Part shown: piece by piece, positions 27,117-38,845 of the stretch
Position numbering within the stretch: the stretch's first letter is position 1
Layout: each line of letters begins with the position of its first letter
Assembly: GCA_043228905.1 (NCBI GenBank)
Contig: JBHGNT010000021.1
Coordinates: 1,426,001-1,490,000 of the forward strand
Origin: Azolla caroliniana
Taxonomy: Eukaryota > Plantae > Polypodiophyta
DNA length: 64,000 nucleotides
Direction of reading: 5' to 3'
Notes under the pieces: generated by a model
Told to the model about the DNA's origin: nothing
Databases searched by the model: none
The model's input: the letters and a program-made list of their open reading frames with translations, nothing else
Translations under genes and position numbers: made by a program

Positions 27117-30100
27117 TCAAGCACCATATAGACTAGAATATGTCTCTGCTAAGTCCTGGAATTGCCATGCATCATCCACACTCAAGTCACCTGCAAATAA
27201 ATACCCCCAGACTATAATGCTGTTGATTCTGACAAATCAATGTTTTTTTGCCAACAAATCAATGTAAAACATATACACACACATAAAATGCCTTACCAAT
27301 TTTCTCACGCCTTAGTTTTGTTAAATGGGCACAACTACAAAAAGAAGATTTGAAACCTTGTCAGAATGTATAGTAAAGCAAGCCTTTCTTTGTGAGAAAA
27401 TTAACTTTTACTCTTTAACAGTAAGGCAATTAATGATAAGGGTTGACTCTATGTTGTATATACAATATGGTACAGTCTCAAAACAGACAGTCATCAGGAT
27501 GCAACCTGAAATAAATAGCGGAATAGGTCTAAGGAACTGCCTTTGAGGCCAGTGTACTGCTGGTGCAAAAAGGAGTGACAGTGAGGCCAAACCTGACTGC
27601 ATCTTAAAAAATCAGCACATACTGGAACCAAAGGCAAGACAGTTCTTAAGAGATTGCAGAACTGGCCAAGAAAGGATGCAAGGCTAAAACGATGATCTGG
27701 ACCTACCTTGAAGCCACATAACAAACATGAGCTTTTATTGCCAAATACTTTGATGTCTTGTGATCCCCACCACCATGAGGGCCACTTAACATGATCCTTT
27801 CTTCACATGTAGCTCAGAGTAACAAATATCCTCATGCATGATTTTGATGTTAAAAATAGTTTTGTAATAACGTTATCGATTCTTTCTAAACCAATGTCTG
27901 ATGTCCTCTCTTATGTTTTCTTCTTTGTGTTTATATTCGAAGAGCTGGTTCATGATAGGAATAATCCCATGTTGCAAAGACCTCAAAAAGATTGCATAGG
28001 CATCAGAAAGAACACAGTGGGTAGTGAGCTGAGCATTTCAACCGCATTGAGCACTGTACTAGGTTTTCTAGCATTGTACATAACCAGCTTTCTTTTATAC
28101 ATAATATAAGAATAGGCAGTGTAAACTATCTGTGAAGTATGGAGTTTGTATAGAAATTAGAATCCTAACATGTCAATAATACAGTCCTTGATCCTTGACA
28201 AAAAAAGAAATGTGTACCTGTTCAAAGCCCTCCCCATGTCAGCACATAGAGAACGTATATATGTTCCTTTCGAGCAACGAACATAGAAATCCAGCTGTTG
28301 CCTGTAGCCCCACGTTTGAGGATGAGCTAAGTTTCCTCCACAATCTTTCTCAAACATTGTAATTTAAAAATAAACCCGCCATTACGTTTTAACCATGTAT
28401 TGGAGGTTAACAGTAACAAATTTATTGAAGGGCAGCATGAGGATTAGGGTTTAGGTGAACCAAAGAGGGAGAGAGTCTGAGTGAGAGAAAGGGAGAGAGA
28501 GAGAGACGCATGCTGTCTTGGGTACAAAGAGTGTACCACATTTTTTTGGTTTTTAGATATAGATATATATATATATATATATGTATATACAAGTCAAAAT
28601 GTGTTACAAGTGCGTTCACACTCGTGCACTAATAAAAGGCACGATGGTCCTTTATTCCCAACCTCCCACCTAAAGGAAATGTGCCGTGAGGAGAAAAAAA
28701 GGAAGAAGAAAATCAGTTAAGTCCAAGTATGTACAGAGCTGAACTACATACATCTATCCAACTCCCATCATCTGTCGGCAATGAGCAAATCACTCAGCTG
28801 GAAGACCCTTCGTGAGAAGATCTGCAGAATTATCATTTCTATGTACTTTGACAAGCTCAATGTTCTTGCTGTCAAGTACATCTCTGATGAAGTGATACTT
28901 CACCTGTATGTGCTTCGTCTTTGCATGAAAGACGGGATTTCGAGCTAGCATGATAGCACTCTGACTGTCACAATGAAGAATAGGTAACTCTGTAATGCCA
29001 AGATCTCTCACTAGATATGAAAGCCATAAAGCCTCCTTGCATGCCTCAGTGGCAGCAACATACTCTGCCTCTGGCAACACTTCTGTAGCCTGGAGATCCA
29101 AGGGACCGCTCCTCCTGTGAAAGTAAACACATACCCAGAAGTAGACTTTCTGCAGTCCGCGTGACCAGCATAGTCCGCATCCGTAAAACCAACGATAGAT
29201 GCCTTTTGCTTTCCAAAGCAAATGCACAAGTCCTTCGTGCCTTTGAGGTATCTCATAATACCTTTCACCGCTTCCCAATGCTTTTTACCGGGATTTGCCA
29301 TGTACCTACTAACCACTCCCACTGCAAAAGCAATATCAGGGCATGTAGCAACCATTGCGTGTATCAAACTGCCAATGGCTGAAGCATATGGAACCTTAGA
29401 CATTTCAGCCTTCTCATCATCAGATGCAGGGCTGTCTTCTGCACTGAGTTTCAAATATGGAGGCAATGGAACCCCAATTGTTTTCCCCCCTCCATATTGA
29501 AACGCTGAAAAACCTTAGAGATATACTCCTGCTGAGATAGAAAGAGTACCCCTTTCAACCGGTTTCGGAGTATTCGCATGCAAAGGATGTGATTTGCATC
29601 ACCAAGATCCTTCATATCAAAGCTGCCATGAAGGCTTTGCTTCAATGAATCCAAGGCATGAATATCCTTGCCAGCAATCAACATATCATCAACATACAAA
29701 ACCAAGATAATCAGGCTGCCATCTCATGCCTTCTTGGTGTACAAGCAATGCTCCACTTGACTTCTACGAAAAGCTTGAGACCACATAAATGTATCAAATT
29801 AATGATACCATTCTCTTGGTGCTTGTTTCAACCCATACAAACTCCTTTTGAGCTTACAAACCATCTTCTCTTTGTCTTTAGCCACAAAACCTTCAGGCTG
29901 CTGCATATATATGTCTTCATGCGGATCGCCATGTAAAAAGGCGGTCTTCACATCCATCTGCATGAACTCCATATCTTTAGCTGCAACTAAGCCCAAAATG
30001 GTTCTTAATGTAGTCATCTTGACTACAGGCGAGAAGTCTCATCAAAATCAACTCCATATTCCTGCTTGTATCCGTTTGCAACCAATCTTGCTTTGTACTT

Positions 30101-33100
30101 TGGCGAGGAATTAGAAATGACCTTCCTTTTATAAACCCATTTGCATGGAAGTGTTTTCTGCCCTTTAGGCAACTGCACCAAATCCCAAGTGTCATTTTTC
30201 TCAAGAGATTCCATCTCTGACAACATGGTTTTATACCATTTCTTATTGTCCTGTCTGTCCATTGCTTCCTTGAAGCAAGACGGTTCGCCACAATCAGTCA
30301 TCATGACATAATCAGCCACACTGTTTGCATCAGGAACAAATCTGTCAGGTTGTCTAGTAACTCTAGACGATCTCCTAACCCAATGCTCATTGTTTGGTAG
30401 CTGTTGAGCCTGCAAATCATCATTTTCAACTTGTTGTCTAGGCATTACAGACTGCAAATCAGCATTAAAAGCTTGCTGTTCTAGCCGTTCCTGCACATTT
30501 GGTGGCTCATCATTATGGGCAAAGGCTGGCTGATCATTTCCAGCCTCATTTTCTGCATTTGCAGATAAGTTTACAGCAGGTGTTTGCTGCTAAAAGGTAT
30601 TTTTTCTCAGAATACAACCCTATGTACTTCCTCGGTCTTTTCGGGTTGTTTATGCATGCAATTTTCCCGGAACATAACATCATTGCTGCGTACTATTTTT
30701 CTTTTCTTGGGATCAAACAATCTATACCCCATTTCACCCTCGCCACCGTATTCTAGGAAAATACATTTGCAGGACTTTGGCTCAAGTTTGTTGCGTTCTT
30801 CTTTACAAATGTGCACAAACGCCTCACAGCCAAACACTCTCAAGCGAGCATATGAAGGTGGCTTGCCCGACCACACTTCTTGGGGTATTCCCCCTCCCAA
30901 AGACCTATTAGGTGACCGATTAATCAAGTGAACAGCTGGCATAACAGCCTTTGCCCAAAAACCATGGGGTAACGCAGCATGAGATAGCATAGTACGGACC
31001 CTATCTTGAATAGTCCGATTCATACGCTCTGCAACTCCATTTTGGGGTGGATTATAAGGGGCAGTGAGTTCCCTCTTTATCCCTTTGCTGTCAAAATGCT
31101 TGGAAGGCCTTGGACACATTCCCCACCATTGTCAGAACGAAGACACTTAGGTGTCTTATCAATTTGATTCTCAACTAATGCCAAGAATGTTTGAAACTTG
31201 TCGAGCACTTCATCCTTGCTACGAATAGGGTAAACCCATACCTTCCGTGCAGCATCATCGACAAAAGTGACTTAGTATTTCTTTCCCCCTAATGATAGCC
31301 CTGGCATCTGACATACATCTGAATGTACTAACTCAAGAGGGGAAGACTTCAGTGAAAGAGACCTTTTATGAGATGTTTGTACATGTTCACCAAAAATGCA
31401 ATGATCACAATGCTCAAATTCAGCATAACAAAGACACGGCAAGTAACCCAAACGAGAAAGTACTTTCATACCAGTTTCACTCATGAGTCCCAACTGGCCA
31501 TGCCACAAAGAGACACTTGGCTGCTCAGTTATGGCAACAACATGGTCACTCACACTAGATACATGAAGAGGATACAAAGTATCACTTTTACTACCCTTGG
31601 CAATAACTCTAGATCCCTTACAAATCTTCCATTTCCCATCACCAAAGGTGGTGTGAAATCCATCGTCATCTAGCTGTCCTGTGCTAATCAAGCTCTTCTT
31701 GAGCTGAGGTACATGCCGTACATGCTGAAGTGTGAAAGCAGAACCATGCTGAAACTGTAATTGCACAATGCCAATACCTGCAATTTCACATGTATAGTTG
31801 TTCCCAAGATTGACAACACCATGTCGACCCCCTGTGTAATCTGAAAACCACTAATGATGAGGGGTGATGTGAAAAGAAGCACCGGAATCGAGCATCCAAG
31901 TGTGCATGTCACCATCCATATCTGCATGTAAAGCATGTTCTCTATGGCATGAAGAGACAAAGTACATCATTTCCACTATCATTGTAATGAGTGACTACAT
32001 TCACCTCTTCAATTTTAGCATTGCTTTTCCTCAGTTGAATGTCTCTCTTCTCTTCTATGCCATCATCTATCTTCTTGCCATTTCCTTTCTCTTTCTTCCA
32101 TTTAAAACAATCATGTTTAATGTGACCCTTTTTGCCACAGTGATGGCATTCTACATCTTTACCATGTGATTTACTATGGCCATTACTATCAAATTTGCCT
32201 CTCTACTATGACCTACCCCTAGTATGCAACGCACTAGAGGACTTATTGGATGCATTGTTTTGCCGACTCATCTCTTCCATGAGTAGAGAACTCTCTACAT
32301 CGGCATAAAGAAGCATCGCATTTTGAATTTCTCATAGAAATCCTGAAAGTATCCCAACTTTCTGGCAAAGTGCAAAGTAAAAACATGGCCTTAAACTCAT
32401 CATCAATGATGAATTTCAAGCCAACCAGCTAGCTAAAAATGGAATTGAACTCACTCAGGTGAGTTGATATGGGTGTGCCCTCTGTCATGCGCAAATCCAT
32501 AAGTTTCTTAAGCCAATAAGCTTTGCTAGCTGCCGTCTTCTGGGCATATAGTTCCTCTAGTCTAGTCCATATAGAATAGGCAAAGTCCAAACCTTCAGTA
32601 TTAAACAGCAAAGCATCAGAAATTGACAACTCAATAGTCGAGCATGCAAGCTCATTCATCTCTTGCCAATCATCAGAAATTTGATCCACACTATCAGAGC
32701 CTACAAGATGTTTCTTCTGTACATGGTCAAAAATGTGACCTGCTCTACACAAAAACTTGCTTTGCAGAAAACGTGACCTGCTCTGCAGAAAAAAAAACGT
32801 GACCTACTCTAACTTGCTCTGCTGTGATACCAGTTTGAAGGGCAGCACGAGGATTAAGGTTTAGGTCAACCAGAAAGGGAGAGAGAGAGAGAGAGATGCA
32901 CGTCGTCTTGGGTACAAAGAGTGTACCAGTTTTTTTGGTTTTTAGATTATATATATATATATATATGTATGTATATACAAGTCAACATGTGCTACAGGTG
33001 CGTTCACACTCGTGCACTAATAAAAGGCACGATGACCCCTTATTCCCAACATTTATCAGGATACAAAACACGAGTACAATACTAAAAAACTGAAACATAG

Positions 33101-36100
33101 GACTAGTTTACTCAGTTCTAACACGCATGGTTTATAACTAAACATACCAAATTACAATATGCATGCAAATATAGAATATGCCACTCTTCTCATCCCAAGT
33201 ATTGCTTTTCTATACTTGTGTAATCCCATTCTTGCTTAGCAAGGTTTTTCCCTCTGAGTTTATTAAAACTCTGCTTCATCTGCCAAATATTCACGTGTTT
33301 CAAATTTCAACAAAAGTAATACAGAATGTTGGCTATAAACTCCTATGCAACTGCGTTGTTTATAAGATGCACGTACTATACCACTATCAATCTATTAAAC
33401 AAGAATTACAACCCATTCTCTGATCAACAAAAAATTTGCATCGTCCATACATTTGTTTCTTAAATGCTATGTTAGAGAAAGAACACCAGCCAAAAACAGG
33501 ATGGGTTAATTTATGGAAAGGTTCAAATGCAGTGTACACATTAGTGTACTACATAGCATTGATGAACACATATTGTCAGACCAGTGGAGTTAGAGCATTG
33601 ATATTAGAACATTAGAGTAAATGGGTCTATTTCCTCAAAGTAGGAAGGATTTCAGCATCCTTTTCCTTTGGTTTTGCATCGTCCATACATTTGTTTCTTA
33701 AATGCTATGTTAGAGAAAGAACACCAGCCAAAAACAGGATGGGTTAATTTATGGAAAGGTTCAAATGCAGTGTACACATTAGTGTACTACATAGCATTGA
33801 TGAACACATATTGTCAGACCAGTGGAGTTAGAGCATTGATATTAGAACATTAGAGTAAATGGGTCTATTTCCTCAAAGTAGGAAGGATTTCAGCATCCTT
33901 TTCCTTTGGTTTTGCATCCAGATGTACTTTAATGCAATAAAGTCTGACAAATAGAGTTCTTTTTTGTAAAAGATTTGGACATCACAGCATGCATATCTAC
34001 TTAAAGAGGAAAAGATTTCGGCACAACCTACTCTAGGGATACTTTTAAAAGACATACAAGAGTAACGACCAGAAACCTTTCTACAGCCCATGAACCATTG
34101 CACTCATCCAATCCATAGGACAGGACATGCATTTCCTAATCGCATAGTTGATTATAGGGTTCCCACAAACCTTAGTAACTATTTTAATCAGAATGTGTTC
34201 TATGCTTCTTGCTTGGATAAAACAGGGCCTGAAATTTTAACAAAAAATGTAAAGTTTCCTCCGTATTCCATGACAAGTTGGGGAACATTCAAGTAGCAAA
34301 AAGCATGATGGTGGTTCCGATGAGGTCTTTGTCCAGTGCATGAGCTATATTACAAAAGACACAGGAGTATTCCACAAATGTCTGAAGTATAATAGGTTGT
34401 TATAAGATTTGACCTGTCTTCCTTGTTCCTCTCTATTTGAAAATCATATATTGTTATCTTCCTTGCAGGAACATCAATTTTTTCACCCCGCCTTGCCTTC
34501 TCATATAACCTTTCGCCTTCAACCTTTACAGAGAAAGAGAAAAAACAGAAGTAAGTAATCATATACCATAGGTATACCTGGAATTTATGGCAGCTTTGGT
34601 AGATATAAGCTGCCTTTTCCATGGGACTAAATAGTATCAATTTTAAAACAATAATACATAAACACCTTTCGATAAATCCAGATATAGAAACATATCTACA
34701 TTAATTCCTCATGCATGAAAGCACCATATGCATTGATAAACAATTTGTAACCATCCATTATTCCCATAGTCTGACTTCGAAGATCATAAACCAGAAACAA
34801 GCCTCTCATAATCAGGTTCATCAGTATTTCTTCACTTTGCATCTCCTGAACAATAATGCTCAATCCTCCTTTGATCAAAATACAATACCTACTCTAATGC
34901 ACATATCCTAAGTCATAAATCATAAATACCCATATGTAGAGAAAGCGATTGCTTGTATCCAAGAAATACACAATACACGTTCTGCTCCAGGGTCACATCA
35001 TAGTCCTTGATGAATCAAACAATTTATGACAATTAATTATTCTTTGCTCCATTAACAGCAACTTTAGTGGAAATCAATCGATGGCAGATGCTAAAGAAAT
35101 TTTGCAAGACTTCCATCAGAGCATCAATACAAAAACCTAAGATTGAAATACATACACAGTTACCATTTGGCACAATGAATATCAAAGACATACAGTCTAC
35201 AAAGATTTAGGTGTCCAAAAGTAATACCTTAATTGCAGAGAACATCGGTGGAATCTGCATAATTTCTCCTACAAACCTTTCCTTTACTGTTTGGATGTCG
35301 GTGTCAGTTATGTGATCCCAAGACTTTCTTTCAATAATCTATTACAAAACAAATCATCAGGTTAGTATATCTACAAGAGAAAATGGTTAATCATCTAAAC
35401 AGTTCAATGTGAGTTCAAGTGTGAATGCTTTCTAGTAAATATAACATCTGTCTATTAGTATTCACACCGGTGAATCAGCATCACAAGAAGATGTTGCTTC
35501 TCCCAACCGAAATGTGCCAGTGTAAACCTTTACAAGAGCTTGAAAGCTGCATCAAACAAAAATAGTGTTGTCAAAAGAAAATCTAACTCCAAATAAAAGT
35601 TAATAGAATGCTTCAGAAGAATCTCAACATCAAATTAGACTATTACAGTAGACAAACCAAGGATATATTTAGATTACTATAGGAACGAAATGTAATTTAT
35701 ATTATATTTGTTTTTAGGTTCGTGATGATACATGGGACTGTGTTCGATGACATTGCATCCAATCATCAGATATCCTACCTTCAAAAGGAACGGTAGTCTT
35801 CCTTAATAAAAATCATCTCAGGGATTGCTAATGTACTTTTTTATTGCAGGTTCTCAAATCATTATATAGTGGTGATAAATACTATCAAGACCATTTTCCG
35901 GTAGGGACGAGGTAAATGTAACCTTCCAATCCCTAAGAACAGCAGGAGTGTATTGACTACAATTGTTGTATATACTACCCATAATACATCCATCAGAATT
36001 ATGGTCACAAAGGCAATTATGAATGATTTTTGTACAGATTGTACCCAGCTCTATTTTTTCTTAAATGGATTTATTCTTGATATCATTGAACCCTTTGCTA

Positions 36101-37687
36101 ATCACACGGGGAAAAACCCAATTCCTCTTGTTGCGGCATATTATATGAAATGTAAAAAACTGGCATCAGATCTGAAGAATTGTGCAAAAACTAGATAGAA
36201 TAATGATTTCTTGTTCTCAATCAGTAGAAACCCATACTTGATGCATGATTGGTTTCCCAGAAAAGAATGGCATTCAACAGTCTGACGATGGATGTGCATT
36301 CAACGAACTATATAGTGTTCTGTAATGAGTCGACATATTTACCCATCTTATGACATGTAGCAATTGTAAATTAATATTAGATTCAATGTTCTAGTTCTAC
36401 ACTTTTCTTGAGATGTGGAAACATCAGGCCAAACGAACTATGATATCGCATACCATTAACAAGTAAAGATCCTCACCCACCTATCTGCCAATTTCGTTGC
36501 AGGGCCTACACATACAACCAAAAGGCCAGTAGCCATGGGATCAAGTGTGCCCGCATGCCCTACCTGATAGTATAGATGACACACTAAATATCAATGTATA
36601 AAGAATTGGGTAAGAAAATCGTATGGCACATATGAGTGCTTCTTACATACTTTCTTTACTTGTACAAGTTTCCGGATTTTCGCGCAAACGGTGAATGATG
36701 TCCACCCTATTGAGAAGAAAAAATATTTTTTCAGTAGAATCCGTCTTTTAATCAGTAAGAGGTTCTTGAACCTGAAAGCCTCAAATCCAAACCCCTAAAC
36801 CCCAATATTTGATTCTTATGAATCAACTGGTTAATTCTGTTAGTTGTGAACATAATCAATGCATAGATGTTTTCCAACCAAATCTAGATAACACATGCTG
36901 ATATTGTAGTTGGTAAGATAGCATACATACCTTTTGGTTTGTCCATGAGAACAACGGTACCACCAGGAATGTTCCACTTCTGGGGAAGCTCCATTCCACA
37001 CTTCAAAATGGGAGGCTCCGGACGACAAACATTCACGTCCACATCATCTTCTGCCATGAGCAATGATGTCTCTTCGCTGCAACCTTCCAAATATTCAATC
37101 TCCGGAATTACTGTGGCATTCCCCGAGCGATTCCTTTCAACATTCCCCTCACTATCTGAAGGAATTGTCGGCATGGCCCCACATTCTGTACGTAAAGATA
37201 TCCCATGTGAAGCACCCGATACTGGAGTCTGAAAGAAACGTAATGATGAGAGTGGAGAAGAAGAAGAAGAAGAACGGCAACCACCAAACATAACACCTCT
37301 AAATCCATTACAACTTCTGGCTTTTGTTATCGAGAAACCGTGCGACGGAAGAACATGTATGTGTAGTCCTTCATTCCCCAGAGATGCCTTCTTTTTATGA
37401 CATACTACACGATTATGATGGCGATGAAGAAAAAGTAGGCCTGGTAACGATGCGATGGAAGCGGAAAGCTGGAAACGAGAAGAGACGCCATGGATTGGAT
37501 GAGGAGGTGGACTATGTCTGATGTCTTGTGATCGGAAGGAAAAGCCAGGGCTATCTGCTCTGTTCTTCATGGTCAGGAGGAGAACCGGAGAGGAGGGGTA
37601 AGAGGAGGTGGAGCAATAGTATCTAGCATAGCTGAAGCTGCTCATGGTTGGTGCGTGAATGGAACGAAGACACAGAGCTTCGGCCAT
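27117..37687 (-). CDS. truB: TruB-family tRNA pseudouridine-55 synthase with long N-terminal extension; exons approx. 37687-36931, 36707-36650, 36563-36481, 35547-35468, 35338-35229, 34524-34413, 28282-28218, 27344-27296, 27190-27117
   Basis: [35 protein letters not shown] (catalytic Asp), [66 protein letters not shown]; GT-AG introns. Confidence 0.93.
28426..33051 (-). mobile_element. Full-length, degenerate Ty1/Copia LTR retrotransposon in a TruB intron
   Basis: LTRs at 28426-28663 and 32836-33051 (TG...CA; the left copy ends CC). 5-bp TSD TTTAT at 28421-28425 and 33052-33056. Met-tRNA-like PBS TGGTATCA at ~32832-32825. Domain order gag ([14 protein letters not shown]), protease (LDSGAS), integrase ([12 protein letters not shown]), RT (YVDD), RNase H (SADLLTK). 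Frameshifts and stops present. Confidence 0.96.
33436..33919. repeat. Apparently perfect 238-bp tandem duplication in TruB intron
   Basis: TTTGCATCGTCCATACATTTG... repeats with period 238; the identical peptide appears in ORF 33668-33853. Confidence 0.93.
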
Positions 37688-37779
37688 GGTGATCTTTCTT
37701 TAGAAATTAGAACAGAGTTAGGGGCCCCTGGGGCTCTATTATGCCTGCACTGCACACTTCAGGTTTACATGTTATGTTT

Positions 37780-37887
37780 TGTATGTATTTATATGTATGT
37801 ATGTATACAGTATGTATGTATGTATACAGTATGTATATATGTATACAGTATGTATGTATGTATGTATGTATGTAATGTATGTAATGT
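37780..37887. repeat. (ATGT)n microsatellite, left flank of the large MULE
   Basis: Visible GTAT repeats; the tract continues at 51851-51902. Confidence 0.9.
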
Positions 37888-37947
37888 GCTCGTGTCTATT
37901 AGCTACCAAATCCTAAATAGGGCTGGGGAGGGAATCACGGCCACGGA

Positions 37948-38350
37948 TAACAATCGGCAACGGTGCCGACGGTTCGGTTCGGTTCGGTTCCGGTTCGGTT
38001 TTCACAGTCCGAAACCACGGTTTACACGGTTTAACGGTTTTATTTTTATTTTTTTAAAATATTTTTAAAAAATTCAAAAAAAAAACAATTCAAAATTATT
38101 TCTAAATAATCTTTTCCTTTTTAGACCTTATTCTCACATTTTTAGGAACATCTTAAAAATTTCTAAAATTTAAAATTTTGACCCATGTTGAAAACCGAAA
38201 CCGAACCACGAAACCACAGTTTTTACGGTTTAATGGTTAAACGGTTTGAAATTTGTTTAATGGTTCGGTTTGGTTTAGGTTTCAAAAATTTTAAACCGTT
38301 CGGTTTGGACCCTCTCAAACCGAATCGAATCGCACCGTTGCCAATTGTTA
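37948..38350. mobile_element. hAT-type MITE, copy 2, nested in the left MULE arm
   Basis: Same TIR as 10184-10575. TSD GCCACGGA/GCCACAAA. The right arm shows the empty site (single TCCGTGGC). Confidence 0.88.
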
Positions 38351-38667
38351 GCCACAAACGGTGCAGGTTGCTCAGAGGAAGGCGCATGCGATCTACACTG
38401 TCCGATTTGGATAAGAAAGAACGTGCGAAAAAAAATATCTCTGAGATCGCCCAACTCTAAGTCCTTGGTCTCCCAACCCTGACCCTTGCAAGTTGCCCAA
38501 CTGCCCAAGTATTTTAGAACAATAAATGAAGTACTCAACAAAAATAATACTAAAATGTAATGGTTTAGTGGTTAAATATATTCTTTTTGGTTAATATAGG
38601 TGCAAGGTTCAGATCTCTTTTCCTCTCTTATTGAGAAGAGGGTTTATTTTGCTTATTGGTCAATTTT

Positions 38668-38845
38668 TATTTTTTATTTTTTTGGTAAAGCACACAATTA
38701 TATTAATTGTATGTAAAATCCACTTAGTTACAATACTTCTTAGCGTCCTCTACCTATCATATTCTATGTAAAGAGAGGGATGTTCTATATTGCTATTAAA
38801 AAACCAAAATATGCATTTGAATATCAATACTTTTTGGATGTTAGA
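38668..38845 (-). mobile_element. Short retroposed (SINE/LINE-tail) insertion with 15-bp TSD
   Basis: TTATTGGTCAATTTT at 38653-38667 and 38846-38860, A-rich tail on the minus strand, absent from the right arm. A homologous copy lies at ~18770-18890 (+). Confidence 0.75.
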
